Origin: an uncultured Gammaproteobacteria bacterium
GTDB taxonomy: Bacteria > Patescibacteriota > Microgenomatia > UBA12405
Reading direction: 5' to 3'
Assembly: GCA_964544275.1 (NCBI GenBank)
Contig: CAZIZX010000001.1
Span: 196,342-260,341, forward strand
DNA: 64,000 nucleotides
The position numbers and the translations under genes were made by a program. Below the pieces are notes generated by a model that saw only the letters and a program-made list of their open reading frames with translations, ran no database searches and was not told where the DNA came from. Shown here in pieces: positions 49,405 to 60,284 of the stretch; position 1 is the first letter of the stretch, and every line of letters starts with the position of its first letter.

Positions 49405-50210
49405 AAAAATCCACCCATTTCCTTTCCGTTATCATCCCTGTCTACAAACAGGAAAAAACCATCAAAAACGATCTCCTGTCAATTATCTCCACACTTGATC
49501 GTATCCGCTACGACTACGAAATAATCGCTATCGTTGATGGCATCAAAGTCGACAACTCCTACGAAATTATCGAATCCATAAAACATCCCAAAACCAAAGT
49601 TTTTGGTTACTATACCAACCGCGGCAAAGGCTACGCTGTCCGCTACGGTATGGCCAAAACTACTGGAGATTACGTTGCTTTTATTGATGCTGGCATGGAA
49701 ATTGACCCCAATGGAATTTCCATGCTCATCGAACACTTGGAGTGGTACAACGCTGATATTATTGTTGCCTCGAAAAGACATCCGGCTTCCCATGTCAATT
49801 ATCCCCTCCAACGTCGTCTGATCAGCCTTGGAGCCCAGATCATTTCCAAGGTTCTTTTAAGCATTAATGTCAAAGACACTCAAGCTGGTCTCAAAATTTT
49901 CAAACGTAAAGTCCTGGAAAAAGTCTTACCCCGATTATTAGTCAAAACTTACGCTTTTGACCTGGAAATACTTTCCGTTGCCAAACATCTTGGATTCAAC
50001 CGTATTTTTGAAGCACCCATCAAACTTAATTATGACTTCGACAGTCTGACTCACGCCCAAGGACTTCATACAATACTAAAGTGTCTTCAGGATACTCTTG
50101 CTGTCTTTTATCGACTCAAAATCATCCGCTACTACGATGACGACAACAAAAGAAAATGGATCTATGACCCGGATTTGGAAATGAGAATTAATACCGGAGA
50201 AGTCGCATGA
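49401..50210 (+). CDS. GT2, DPM1-like (DxD altered to DAG)
   Basis: IPVY, NRGKGYAVRYG, FIDAGMEI, ASKRHP.S, KDTQAGLK, FDLEIL. Confidence 0.82.
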   Translation: MKKSTHFLSVIIPVYKQEKTIKNDLLSIISTLDRIRYDYEIIAIVDGIKVDNSYEIIESIKHPKTKVFGYYTNRGKGYAVRYGMAKTTGDYVAFIDAGMEIDPNGISMLIEHLEWYNADIIVASKRHPASHVNYPLQRRLISLGAQIISKVLLSINVKDTQAGLKIFKRKVLEKVLPRLLVKTYAFDLEILSVAKHLGFNRIFEAPIKLNYDFDSLTHAQGLHTILKCLQDTLAVFYRLKIIRYYDDDNKRKWIYDPDLEMRINTGEVA

Positions 50211-51205
50211 GCCAAATTCTCTTTTCTATCATTATTCCTGTCCGGCATACTACTAAATATCTTCGTCAAACTCTAAAGTTTATTAAAAAACAAACACTTC
50301 CCCAATATGAAGTTCTAGTCATCGACGATAAGCTCTCGACCAAATATTCAAAAAACCCAAACCACACCGGCCCGGCTTTCAAACGTAACCTTGGAGCTAA
50401 ACTCGCCCAAGGTCAATACTTAGCCTTTCTCGATGACGATTCGTATCCTGACAAAAATTGGTTAAAAAACACCTTAACCCTCTTCCAAGCTGACAAAGAC
50501 ATTGCCGCCATCTGCGGGCCCTGTCTCACCCCTCCGGATGACAACCGCTATCAGCAAGCTTCCGGCCTGGTCTGGTCGTCTTTTTTTGGCAGTGGGGGAG
50601 CTGGTTGTTATCGCAATTCCATCCACAAAAGTCGTTTTGTTGACGACTTTCCTTCAGTCAACTTGATAGTCAAAAAAAATATTTTCTTGAAAGCTGGCAG
50701 TTTTGATCATAATTATTGGCCCGGTGAAGACACTGTCTTGTGTCTGAAAATTACCAAAGAATTAAATAAAAAAATTCTCTATCATCCAACCATCCAAGTC
50801 TTCCATCATCGCCGACCGGTAATCTGGCCCCACCTTCAACAACTCAAACGTTACGCTATTCAACGGGGTTATTTCGTCAAAGTATTTCCTCAAACCAGCT
50901 TTCGACTTGGTTATTTTCTCCCGTCTTTCTTTTTTTTATACATCATCCTGCTTCCATTTTTACTATTTTTTCATCATTTTTTACCCTTAATTCCATTATA
51001 TTTGTATACATCAATACTAGTTCTTACCTTCATTAATTTTATTATCAAAGGCCACCACGCTATTACCTCGTTACTGGCATCAGCCACCATCCCCATCACC
51101 CACCTCTATTACGGCATGCTATTCTTATTTGGCTTATCCAAAAAGAACAATCTTTTTGTTCCTCATCAAATAAATATTAAAACTGGAGAATATGTCGGCG
51201 GCTAA
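50207..51205 (+). CDS. GT2 glycosyltransferase with C-terminal TM helices
   Basis: SIIIP, P..KRNLGA, FLDDD, GED, HHRR; hydrophobic C-terminus. Confidence 0.85.
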   Translation: MSQILFSIIIPVRHTTKYLRQTLKFIKKQTLPQYEVLVIDDKLSTKYSKNPNHTGPAFKRNLGAKLAQGQYLAFLDDDSYPDKNWLKNTLTLFQADKDIAAICGPCLTPPDDNRYQQASGLVWSSFFGSGGAGCYRNSIHKSRFVDDFPSVNLIVKKNIFLKAGSFDHNYWPGEDTVLCLKITKELNKKILYHPTIQVFHHRRPVIWPHLQQLKRYAIQRGYFVKVFPQTSFRLGYFLPSFFFLYIILLPFLLFFHHFLPLIPLYLYTSILVLTFINFIIKGHHAITSLLASATIPITHLYYGMLFLFGLSKKNNLFVPHQINIKTGEYVGG

Positions 51206-52679
51206 ACCATTTTCCATTTCTATTTCCTACCCTCCCCTGGAGTCTTCCAAGGGCAGCCCTTTTTTAAGCCAAAACCGTCAATTCCAATGGACTCATACCG
51301 GCAATGTTATTTATCCGGTTGTTCCCGCCTCCGCCGCCACCCTGCTTCAACAAAATAATTACCCCGTTTTTTGGGACGACGCTCTGGCCCAAAAACTAAA
51401 CTACCAAGATTGGCTAAAAAGAATAATTAAAAATAAGCCCAATCTGATCGTCATCGAAACCAAAACCCCTGTCATCAAAAAACATTGGCAAATTATTAAT
51501 CACCTCAAAAAATGCCACCCCAAATGGAAACCCATAATCGTTCTGATGGGGGATCATGTTACTGCCCTACCCCAAGAATCGCTCAACAATTCTCAGGTTG
51601 ATTACATTCTCACCGGTGGTGACTACGACTTTATGCTCTTAAATCTGGCCAACCACCTTACCCAAAACGAAAAATTAAAACCGGGATTCTATTATCGTAC
51701 CCCAAACACCATCGTCAACTCAGGCAAATTTGCTCTTAAGCACCACCATCTTGACAGCCTTCCCGTTATTGACCGCCAACTTACTCAATGGCACCTGTAC
51801 GCTTATAATAACTCTAATTACAAATACAAGCCCGGTGCCTATATTATGTCCTCCCGTGATTGCTGGTGGGGAAGATGCACCTTTTGTTCCTGGACTACCC
51901 TTTATCCCGGCAATCAATACCGTTCATTTTCTCCGGACTTCGTCATCAAAGAAATTGAAAATTTAGTTCACAACTTCAACGTCAAAGAAGTTTTTGATGA
52001 CGCCGGCACTTTTCCCGGTGGTAAATGGTTGGAAGAATTTTGCCAAAAGATGATTGACAGGGGACTAAACAAAAAAATAAAAATCAGTTGCAATATGCGC
52101 TTCGGTGCTTTAAATCTAAAGCAGTATCAACTGATGGCCAAAGCCGGTTTTCGCTTCATTCTTTACGGACTGGAATCTATCAACCAAAACACTCTCGATA
52201 AAATCAATAAAAACTTAAAGTTAAAAGAGATCAAAAAAACTTTAACCATGGCCAAATCAGTTGGTTTGGAGCCCCATTTAACTGTCATGATCGGTTACCC
52301 CTGGGAAACCCAAAAACAAGCCCAAAACACTCTAAATTTTGCCCGCTTCCTCTTCAAACAGGGGTTGGCCGACAGCCTCCAGGCCACCATCGTTATTCCG
52401 TATCCGGGTACCCCTTTGTTTGATTTCTGCCAAAAAAACAAACTTTTAATTACCCATAATTGGGAAGATTATGACATGCAAAATCCGGTTATCAAATCTC
52501 CCATATCCCCCAATCGCCAAAAACAACTGGTTCAGGATATTTTCAAAGGCATAATTTCACCCCAATTTATCCTACGAAAAATTACCTCAATCAGGAACAT
52601 CGAAGATATTAAATTCCTATCTACTTATGCCATCAAGTATCTTAAAAAATTAAAAGATTTTTCTTTTCATGACAGTTGA
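51192..52679 (+). CDS. B12-binding-domain radical SAM protein (HpnJ-like architecture)
   Basis: N-terminal YPP..QNRQFQW..YP..A.AATLL, MGDHVTALP (B12-binding-like), SRDCWWGRCTFC, GLES, IGYPWET, PYPGTP. Confidence 0.85.
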   Translation: MSAAKPFSISISYPPLESSKGSPFLSQNRQFQWTHTGNVIYPVVPASAATLLQQNNYPVFWDDALAQKLNYQDWLKRIIKNKPNLIVIETKTPVIKKHWQIINHLKKCHPKWKPIIVLMGDHVTALPQESLNNSQVDYILTGGDYDFMLLNLANHLTQNEKLKPGFYYRTPNTIVNSGKFALKHHHLDSLPVIDRQLTQWHLYAYNNSNYKYKPGAYIMSSRDCWWGRCTFCSWTTLYPGNQYRSFSPDFVIKEIENLVHNFNVKEVFDDAGTFPGGKWLEEFCQKMIDRGLNKKIKISCNMRFGALNLKQYQLMAKAGFRFILYGLESINQNTLDKINKNLKLKEIKKTLTMAKSVGLEPHLTVMIGYPWETQKQAQNTLNFARFLFKQGLADSLQATIVIPYPGTPLFDFCQKNKLLITHNWEDYDMQNPVIKSPISPNRQKQLVQDIFKGIISPQFILRKITSIRNIEDIKFLSTYAIKYLKKLKDFSFHDS

Positions 52680-53688
52680 TATATCAATTATTATCCCCAC
52701 CCTTAACTCCGAAAAAGTCCTGCCTCATTGCCTTGAATCAATCAAGCGCCAAAACTTCCCTTCAAACAACTACGAAATCATCATCTCCGATGGCGGTTCA
52801 ATCGACAACACTATTTCCATCGCCAAAAAATACCATGCCAAGATTGTCAAAAATCCTCTCAAAACTGCCGAAGCCGGAAAAGCAGTTGCCCTCAAGCATT
52901 CTACTGGCAAGTATATAGCTCTGATTGACTCCGACAATATTCTGCCTCACCCGGATTGGATTTCCCAAATGTTAAAGCCGTTCCAGCAAAACCCTAAAAT
53001 TATTGGCATCGAACCCATCGAGTTCACTTACCAGACCAACGCTGGCTTTATCGAGAGGTATTCGGCCCTAATCGGCGCCAACGACCCATACGCCTTTATA
53101 TCCGGTGTCTCTGATCGCAAAAATTACATTAATCACCGCTGGACCGCCCTTGACCTAAAAACCAAAAGGTTCAAGAACTTTACTCTAATCAAACTTTACC
53201 CAAAAAAACCCATTCCCACCATCGGCGCCAACGGTACCGTTTTTCGCACTGACTTCCTCAAAAAAAATCTCCATTCCGACTACCTTTTCGACATTGACAT
53301 TATCACTCAGGTTTTAAATAAATACCAAAAACCGCTCCTTTTTGCCAAAGTTCACACCGGTATCATTCATACATATTGCGAGTCATCAATATCAAAATTC
53401 TACCGAAAACAAAAACGCCGGCTGACAGATTACTACACCTACCGACATCTTAGAAACTACGACTGGGATTCTTCCAACAAAACCGGTATCATCAAGTTTT
53501 CACTCTATACTCTCTCCTTTATTTTTCCCCTGATAGACTCTTTCAGAGGATTTTTCAACCAGCCGGACGCAGCCTGGTTCTTTCATCCTCTCGCCTGTCT
53601 GCTTACGCTTTTTGTCTACTCAAAAGTTCATCTTGCCTTTATACTTAACCAACTCAAACCAGTTAGCCGTCAAACCTGGCAACAATGA
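52669..53688 (+). CDS. GT2 glycosyltransferase with C-terminal TM helices
   Basis: IIPTLN, SDGGS.D, IDSDN, TIGANG. Confidence 0.85.
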   Translation: MTVDISIIIPTLNSEKVLPHCLESIKRQNFPSNNYEIIISDGGSIDNTISIAKKYHAKIVKNPLKTAEAGKAVALKHSTGKYIALIDSDNILPHPDWISQMLKPFQQNPKIIGIEPIEFTYQTNAGFIERYSALIGANDPYAFISGVSDRKNYINHRWTALDLKTKRFKNFTLIKLYPKKPIPTIGANGTVFRTDFLKKNLHSDYLFDIDIITQVLNKYQKPLLFAKVHTGIIHTYCESSISKFYRKQKRRLTDYYTYRHLRNYDWDSSNKTGIIKFSLYTLSFIFPLIDSFRGFFNQPDAAWFFHPLACLLTLFVYSKVHLAFILNQLKPVSRQTWQQ

Positions 53689-54695
53689 CCAACCTCCTTC
53701 TTCCCCAACTTCTCTACCACCAAAATATCAAAAAAACTGCTAATTTCCTCTTAAACCAGCCGTTATTTTTTCAAAATCGGCTATATCTATACTTACAACA
53801 ACAACGAATCACTCGCGTCATTGAAAAATTTAAACAATCTCCCTTTGCCCTTCGTATCGAAAACACCAACTTTTGTAACGGCCGCTGTTTTATGTGTCCC
53901 CACTCGTCGATGAAAAGAAAACAGGGGACTATGTCAAAAAAACTTTATCAAAAAATCATCAACCAGGCTGTCTCTTTGGGTATAAATTTTATCAACCTGC
54001 ACAACTTCGGAGAACCTCTGCTTGATCAGGATTTTATCTGGAGAATAAAATTTGCCAAATCCCAAGGTATCGAAAAAATCTCAACCAACACCAACGGTCT
54101 CCTTTTAACACCCAAATTATCAAAAGAAATTATTAAATCCGGGTTAGATGAAATTTACTTCAGTCTTGACGCTGCCTCTTCTCCTACCTACAAAAAAATT
54201 CGCCTTGGCCTTAATTATAAAATTGTCCACCAAAACCTGAATAACCTGATAAAGATCAAACAACAACTCAAATCATCTACACCCATAATAATTGTTGATT
54301 TCCTCGAATCAAGCTTAAACAAACACGAAACCAAATTGTTTGTCCAAAAATGGCAACCAAAAGTTGACCATGTCTGCATTTCCCAACTCCATGATTGGTC
54401 AGAAAAAATAACTTCTTCCGTCGACAACAGGTTTTCAAATTATGTTTCCTACAGCCAATCTCCCTGTCGTTTACCTTTTACCGAAATGACTATCAATTGG
54501 GACGGATCGGTTTCTCTATGCTGCCAGGATATAGAAGGAGAAGTCATCATTGGTAATATCAACCATCAAACCATTTCTCAGGTTTGGCAAAGCAAAAAAC
54601 TGGAGTCGATCCGCCAAAAACATTTATCCCTAACAACCGATCAGCTAATGTTATGTTCCAAATGCAAGCTTAGAACTTTTTGGTGGACTTTTTAA
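53685..54695 (+). CDS. Radical SAM protein with SPASM/twitch domain
   Basis: CNGRCFMC, FGEPLL, TNG, SLDA; C-terminal C..PF...INWDG.V..CC.D...IGN..C.KC. Confidence 0.9.
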   Translation: MTNLLLPQLLYHQNIKKTANFLLNQPLFFQNRLYLYLQQQRITRVIEKFKQSPFALRIENTNFCNGRCFMCPHSSMKRKQGTMSKKLYQKIINQAVSLGINFINLHNFGEPLLDQDFIWRIKFAKSQGIEKISTNTNGLLLTPKLSKEIIKSGLDEIYFSLDAASSPTYKKIRLGLNYKIVHQNLNNLIKIKQQLKSSTPIIIVDFLESSLNKHETKLFVQKWQPKVDHVCISQLHDWSEKITSSVDNRFSNYVSYSQSPCRLPFTEMTINWDGSVSLCCQDIEGEVIIGNINHQTISQVWQSKKLESIRQKHLSLTTDQLMLCSKCKLRTFWWTF

Positions 54696-54696
54696 T

Positions 54697-55854
54697 ATGA
54701 CCAAGCCTAAAATTCTTATAATTTGTCCCTTTTATCCCCCCAACTTAGGCGGAGTCGAAACCCATCTCCAGCTATTAACCAATCATCTTTCAAAAAATCA
54801 ATATCCCACCACCGTCCTCAGCTATAAACCCATTACCACCAAAGTTGATGGCTACATCAAACATGAAAAACAAGGCTATATCGATATTCATCGATATTGG
54901 TGGCCCGGATTCGGCTTGTTCGACAAAACTACGCCTTACCCGATTTTACAGTTTCTCTATATTGTCCCCGGCTTACTTTTTCACAGCCTATCCTATGCAC
55001 TAAAAAACAACCAAAACATTGACGTCATCCACACCCACGGCTTTGCCGCCGCCTTCATCGGCAGAATCATCAGCCTCTTCTTTCCCCACAAACGCTTGGT
55101 TGTCAGCACTCATTTCATTTACCAGAAACTGTCAAAAGATAGCTTCTCAGCCAAAATATTCAAATGGACTTTCGACCGCTATGACAAAATTCTTCTTGTC
55201 AGCCAAAAATCCGGCGCCGAACTAAAACACATCGGTCTCAGATCCGAAAAGATGGAAATATTTCACCATTGGCTAGATCAAGATATTTTTAAACCAGCCA
55301 GCAAATCCAAAACCAGAACCTCACTCCAACTTCCCATCAACACTCCTATCGTTCTTTTCGTCGGACGTATTATTAGAATGAAAGGTGTCTTTGAACTGTT
55401 GAAAGCCGCCGCCAAATTACCTCAAGTCCAGTTTATCTGCATCGGTGATGGCCCGGATATGCCCCAACTCAAAACAGCCGCCCGACTAATCAAGAACTTT
55501 AAATTGATAGGCAAAATCAGTCATGTCGACACTATTAAATATTACAATTCGGCTGATATTTTTATCCTGCCTTCACAAAGTGACGAAGCCCAACCCGTAA
55601 CCATCATGGAAGCCCTTTCCTGCGCCTGTCCGGTCATCTCTACCAACAAAGGCGCTGTAGCCAGCATGTTCAGTCCAAAATGTGGCATCTCCATCAGCCC
55701 GACTGTTTCTAATATCAAAAACGCTATCTCCAATTTACTAAGCGACCAAGCCCGACTACACAGCATGTCTCTTGCCGCCAGAAAATATGCTCTAAAACAT
55801 TATTCTGCCGCCAACGCTGATATTATTACCAAAAGTTACCATGCCCAATATTGA
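54697..55854 (+). CDS. GT4 glycosyltransferase
   Basis: FYPP.LGGVE, IHTH, FVGR...KG, GDGP, LPS..DE.QP..IMEA. Confidence 0.88.
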   Translation: MTKPKILIICPFYPPNLGGVETHLQLLTNHLSKNQYPTTVLSYKPITTKVDGYIKHEKQGYIDIHRYWWPGFGLFDKTTPYPILQFLYIVPGLLFHSLSYALKNNQNIDVIHTHGFAAAFIGRIISLFFPHKRLVVSTHFIYQKLSKDSFSAKIFKWTFDRYDKILLVSQKSGAELKHIGLRSEKMEIFHHWLDQDIFKPASKSKTRTSLQLPINTPIVLFVGRIIRMKGVFELLKAAAKLPQVQFICIGDGPDMPQLKTAARLIKNFKLIGKISHVDTIKYYNSADIFILPSQSDEAQPVTIMEALSCACPVISTNKGAVASMFSPKCGISISPTVSNIKNAISNLLSDQARLHSMSLAARKYALKHYSAANADIITKSYHAQY

Positions 55855-56959
55855 TCTAAAAAAGAAATTCGTTTTGGCCCGAAAATCTCCTTTAACCGCC
55901 CTAAACACCGTTCTCGATCCAGTCCTATACCACCGCCACCCAACTCCTTTTCCTCGCCTTATCAATCTCTTTGTTACCGAAAGCTGTAACTTCAACTGCC
56001 CCATGTGCCACGTCAAATCATCCCGTCTCCAAAGAAAAAAAACTCAAATTTCTCTCGATAATCTCAAACCCTTAATTGATGAGTCTTCACCCTTTCAACC
56101 GTCATTTCAACTTGCCGGCGGCGAACCTCTCCTCCATCCTCAAATATTCAAAATAATAAAATATATATCAGACAAAAAAATGATTTCCGGACTGGTTACC
56201 AATGGTCTTCTGCTGGAAAAATACGCTCAAGATATTATTGATTCCGACCTTGATTTCTTGGCTGTTTCCTTGGATGGTCCCGATGAAACCACCCAATACC
56301 AGCGAGGCTTCGTCAAAAATTCTTTCACTCAAATCATCAAGGGTATCAAAAAAATTATCCGTCTCAAAAAAAATAGCCATCTTCCCAATATCCGTCTGGC
56401 CACCGTTATTTCCAAAAACAATTTAAACAACTTTGACCAAATTTTTTCCTTGGCCCAAAACCTTAGGATCGACCAATGGTCCCTTAGCCACCATTTCTTT
56501 TACAACCAAAACATACAAAAAACCCAAAATAAGTTCTCCCGACAACACCACTTAGGCACTGACATTTGGGGAGAATATATTGGTAATAGGAAAGAATTTT
56601 TCACCCTCAAACAAAGGCAAACTCTAAAGCTAAAACTTAAAAAGTTGAACCAAAATATTAAAACAGCCAAAAATATAAAAACCAACATTATTCCACCCGC
56701 AACCGTTGATCCGTATTATACACAAACACCTCCTTCTACTCGATCCTCTTGTCTCTCACCATACCGGCAGGTATTCATCCGCGGTAATGGAGATGTGGAA
56801 ATGTGTCAGGGCTATATTTTGGGTAATATTAAGGGTCAAAAATTAAAAGATATCTGGACCAGCTCTAAAGCCAGTCACTTCCGCCACGTCTTTTCATCCA
56901 ATCCCATTATGCCCTCATGTTTTCGTTGTTGTGCTCTAGATATTAAATTCGATCAATGA
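55841..56959 (+). CDS. Radical SAM protein with SPASM/twitch domain
   Basis: CNFNCPMC, GGEPLL, TNG, SLDG; C-terminal C.SPY...I.GNGDV.MC...LGN..CFRCC. Confidence 0.9.
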   Translation: MPNIDLKKKFVLARKSPLTALNTVLDPVLYHRHPTPFPRLINLFVTESCNFNCPMCHVKSSRLQRKKTQISLDNLKPLIDESSPFQPSFQLAGGEPLLHPQIFKIIKYISDKKMISGLVTNGLLLEKYAQDIIDSDLDFLAVSLDGPDETTQYQRGFVKNSFTQIIKGIKKIIRLKKNSHLPNIRLATVISKNNLNNFDQIFSLAQNLRIDQWSLSHHFFYNQNIQKTQNKFSRQHHLGTDIWGEYIGNRKEFFTLKQRQTLKLKLKKLNQNIKTAKNIKTNIIPPATVDPYYTQTPPSTRSSCLSPYRQVFIRGNGDVEMCQGYILGNIKGQKLKDIWTSSKASHFRHVFSSNPIMPSCFRCCALDIKFDQ

Positions 56960-58353
56960 CCCAAGTTATCCTCATCAATCCGCCCATTTTCTATCACCAG
57001 GGAAACCCTGTCTCCCTCGATACCAGCTTTCCACCACTCGGACTCCTTTATTTGGCTTCGACACTAAAACAGAACAATATTTCAGTCAAAACCCTAGACG
57101 TCGGGGCCCAAAATTTAAACCTAGACGATACCTTATCCTTTATCAAAAACGAAAACGCCGTTATTGTTGGTATCACCTCCATGACACCAACACTCCAAGG
57201 TGCAGTAACATTGGCCAAGTCTATAAGATCCAAATTCAAAAACGTCAACCTCGTCCTGGGCGGATCTCATATCAGTGCTGACCCCGATTTTATCAGGCGC
57301 CTGCCTTTTTTCGACTTCGCTATTCAGGGCGAATCCGAATTAACTTTTTTAAATCTAGTCCAACAGGTCCTTGACGGCAAGAAAATTCGCGGCACCCATC
57401 TGGGCAAACCGGCTCAAAACCTCGACCATCTTCCCTGGCCCGACAGAAACCAATTACCCTCAAACTCATACCTCAAAAAAGCCGATTTAATTGCCACCCG
57501 AGGTTGCCCTTTTAACTGTTATTACTGCAGTCGCCCGGCGGTCAGCAATTGCATCCGCTATCGGTCTCCCAAAGACATTGCCGACGAAATGGATTCTCTC
57601 TATTCTTCTTCTGGCGGTGATTATTTGTTTCAAGATGACTCCCTCACCATCAACAAAGCTCATATAATCGAACTGTCCGAAGAACTCATCAAACGCTCAA
57701 AGCGTTATCACTGGGAAGGATATACCCGAATCGATCTGGTTGACGCAGATGTCCTGTCAGCTATGTCTCAAGCTGGTTGTCACAACTTAACTTTTGGCAT
57801 CGAAACAGGTGATGAAAAACTCAGGCGAGAAGTTGTCAAAAAACCCTTTACCAATTCCCAAATAAAAAATGTTATCAAACTCTGTCAAAAATATCACATT
57901 ACCGCCAGTGGTTTTTTTATCATCGGTCACTATTCGGAAACCAAAACCCAAGTCACCAAAACCATAGACTTTATACTAAAAAACAATTTCGATGTCGTTG
58001 GTGTATCGATCGCCACTCCTTTTCCCGGATCAAAACTTTGGGATTATGCCATCAACGACAAAATAATCGATCTGAAATTTATCGATAATTTTGCTCTCGG
58101 AAAAATGGGGGATGGTTACGCCGGAATCTACCCTGTTTATCACCCCTCCCGCCTTAAGCTGGATTGGCTCTACCAGCAAAGACGCTATGTCATGAGAAAG
58201 TTTTATCTTCGCCCCAAATTTATTCTCAATCGTCTTGCCAAAGACATCTTGTCACCTCAATACCTATACGCCGACATCAAGGAGGGGTTAAATGTCTTAG
58301 TCAAAGGCTCTTCCTCCCGCGCTCCTTACAAAAAACAAACCAAATATCTCTAA
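56956..58353 (+). CDS. B12-binding-domain radical SAM protein (class B methyltransferase-like)
   Basis: LINPP, PPLGLLYLAS, VLGGSH, GESE, TRGCPFNCYYC, FQDD, GIETG, PFPGS. Confidence 0.9.
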   Translation: MTQVILINPPIFYHQGNPVSLDTSFPPLGLLYLASTLKQNNISVKTLDVGAQNLNLDDTLSFIKNENAVIVGITSMTPTLQGAVTLAKSIRSKFKNVNLVLGGSHISADPDFIRRLPFFDFAIQGESELTFLNLVQQVLDGKKIRGTHLGKPAQNLDHLPWPDRNQLPSNSYLKKADLIATRGCPFNCYYCSRPAVSNCIRYRSPKDIADEMDSLYSSSGGDYLFQDDSLTINKAHIIELSEELIKRSKRYHWEGYTRIDLVDADVLSAMSQAGCHNLTFGIETGDEKLRREVVKKPFTNSQIKNVIKLCQKYHITASGFFIIGHYSETKTQVTKTIDFILKNNFDVVGVSIATPFPGSKLWDYAINDKIIDLKFIDNFALGKMGDGYAGIYPVYHPSRLKLDWLYQQRRYVMRKFYLRPKFILNRLAKDILSPQYLYADIKEGLNVLVKGSSSRAPYKKQTKYL

Positions 58354-58354
58354 A

Positions 58355-59554
58355 ATGACAAAAAAAATTGTCTTTATTTTCAACCAACTTAACGGTACTG
58401 AAATTGCTACCGGCGGCGACTTTAAATCAAAGACCATCCTTGATCACTTTTCAAAAGATAAGGGCTATTTTGCTGTCGTCATCGCTCCCGGAAGTTTCAA
58501 AAATCACTTTACCAAATTTACTTTCTATCCAACCGGAATTAATTTTCTGGAAAGGTTAAATAAATCTCAAAATCCCTTTTTTGTTACGGTTCTCTTCAGT
58601 ATTAGAGCTATATGTGTATTTTTCATATTACTAAAAATCAAACCTCAAATAATATATTCCACTGGGGACTTTTTTTGCAACGTCATTCCCGCATCCATAT
58701 TCAAACGTATTTTCCCCAAAACTATCTTCACTTCCTGTGTTTTTCACCTAAATCAACCGCCCCACAAAAGACAATCGAACTCCTTAGTCAGAAATATCTT
58801 TTCTTACACATTCCAACAACTTAGCCTCCTCTTCCTTAAATATTCAGCCGACAAAATTTTTCTCCTTAACAACCAAGTTCTTCACTATCTTCTAAATGCC
58901 AAACATATACCCGACAACAAATTGGTAGTTTCATGTGCCGGAGTTGATTCAAATAATATTCAAAAAACAATTTCTAAAACCAACAAAAAAAAGGATCAGT
59001 TGGTATATTTCGGCCGCCTCAACTCCACTAAAGGAGTTTTTGACCTACCGCCAATATTGTCACATATCTTAAAAGAATGCCCAAACTACCGCCTCCACTT
59101 AATCGGCTTCGTCGACGAGAGCACGAAAAAACATTTATTAAATGAGTTTAAAAAATATAACTGCCATAAATCAATAATCTTCCATGGCTTTATAAAGTCC
59201 AAAACCGATGTCTACAAAATTATTGCCTCATCTAAAGTCGCCATTTTCCCCTCATACGAAGAGGGCTGGAACATCGCCCTTTTTGAAGCTATTGCTTGCG
59301 GTTGTCCGGTGGTCACTTATAAATTACCTGTTTATACAGAAATTTTTAAGGACTCTCTATTATCTGCGCCTATCGGTGACACAAAAGCACTATCATCCCT
59401 AATAGTTTCATTATTAACAGAGTACAATGAAAATAAAATTAAAAGGTATGTAGGCAAAACCCTATCAGTCATTAGGCAATACAACTGGTCAAATGTCTAT
59501 AACATTGAAAAAAAATCAATCGAAAATCAACTCCAGGGTAATCTGGGAAAATGA
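58355..59554 (+). CDS. GT4 glycosyltransferase
   Basis: TGG, GVD, YFGRL...KG, FPSYEEGW.IALFEA.ACG.PVV. Confidence 0.85.
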   Translation: MTKKIVFIFNQLNGTEIATGGDFKSKTILDHFSKDKGYFAVVIAPGSFKNHFTKFTFYPTGINFLERLNKSQNPFFVTVLFSIRAICVFFILLKIKPQIIYSTGDFFCNVIPASIFKRIFPKTIFTSCVFHLNQPPHKRQSNSLVRNIFSYTFQQLSLLFLKYSADKIFLLNNQVLHYLLNAKHIPDNKLVVSCAGVDSNNIQKTISKTNKKKDQLVYFGRLNSTKGVFDLPPILSHILKECPNYRLHLIGFVDESTKKHLLNEFKKYNCHKSIIFHGFIKSKTDVYKIIASSKVAIFPSYEEGWNIALFEAIACGCPVVTYKLPVYTEIFKDSLLSAPIGDTKALSSLIVSLLTEYNENKIKRYVGKTLSVIRQYNWSNVYNIEKKSIENQLQGNLGK

Positions 59555-60284
59555 ATGGCTTCAATTTTCCCAAAATGCCTATTTCAGGCCAAACTATAGT
59601 TTTGTAAATCAAATTTCAAATCTATATTCAAACCACATGAGTGGAATAAAAACACTTGAAGTAGGAGCTGGATCCGGCAGCGACTCTATCTATCTAGCCA
59701 AAAAAGGCACCGACACTTCACTTGTCGATTTTTCTTCTCACTCAATTGCTGTGTCACAGAAAATTGCCAAAGCCAATCATGTCAAAGTCCACACCTATCA
59801 AGCCGACTGTCGTCACCTTCCCTTTAAATCCCAAACATTTGATCTTGTCTTTTCCGTAGGTCTCGTCGAACACTTTTCCAACCCTATTCCAGTTCTAAAG
59901 GAACAGCTCCGTGTTCTTCGAAACGGCGGCATTCTCATTATTGATGTTCCCCAAAAGTTTAACCCCTATACACTCGTAAAAAAACTCCGCATGTTAACTG
60001 GCACCTATCCTTTTGGATGGGAAACGGAATATTCACTTTTTGATTTAAAAAGGCTTGCCCGTAAGCTAAAAATTGCTCCTCTCAAATTCTATGGCAGAAA
60101 CAGCTCTCTAACATTAAAACTCCACCCCAAACTACAACCCCACTATTCCAAAATTTTTGCTATTATCGAGTCATCTCCGATCGCTCCTTTTCTTTGCCTT
60201 TGCATAGGAGGAATATTTAAAAAAATACATGTCAGAAAAAGTTTCTGTCGTGATGCCTGCCAAAAACGAAACCACATCCTTTAA
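59493..60284 (+). CDS. Class I SAM-dependent methyltransferase
   Basis: LEVGAGSG, VDFS, ADCRHLPF...FDLVFS.GLVEHF, RVLR.GG. Confidence 0.85.
   Translation: MSITLKKNQSKINSRVIWENEWLQFSQNAYFRPNYSFVNQISNLYSNHMSGIKTLEVGAGSGSDSIYLAKKGTDTSLVDFSSHSIAVSQKIAKANHVKVHTYQADCRHLPFKSQTFDLVFSVGLVEHFSNPIPVLKEQLRVLRNGGILIIDVPQKFNPYTLVKKLRMLTGTYPFGWETEYSLFDLKRLARKLKIAPLKFYGRNSSLTLKLHPKLQPHYSKIFAIIESSPIAPFLCLCIGGIFKKIHVRKSFCRDACQKRNHIL

Noticed and set aside
51192-58353. RiPP or hopanoid biosynthetic cluster
   Set aside because: No precursor peptide, RRE/PqqD domain, peptidase-transporter or squalene-hopene cyclase seen; all neighbours are glycosyltransferases.
58355-60284. Recent horizontal insert suggested by slightly different composition and 56-62 nt gene overlaps
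   Set aside because: No boundary repeats or mobility genes, and I could not quantify the compositional difference.
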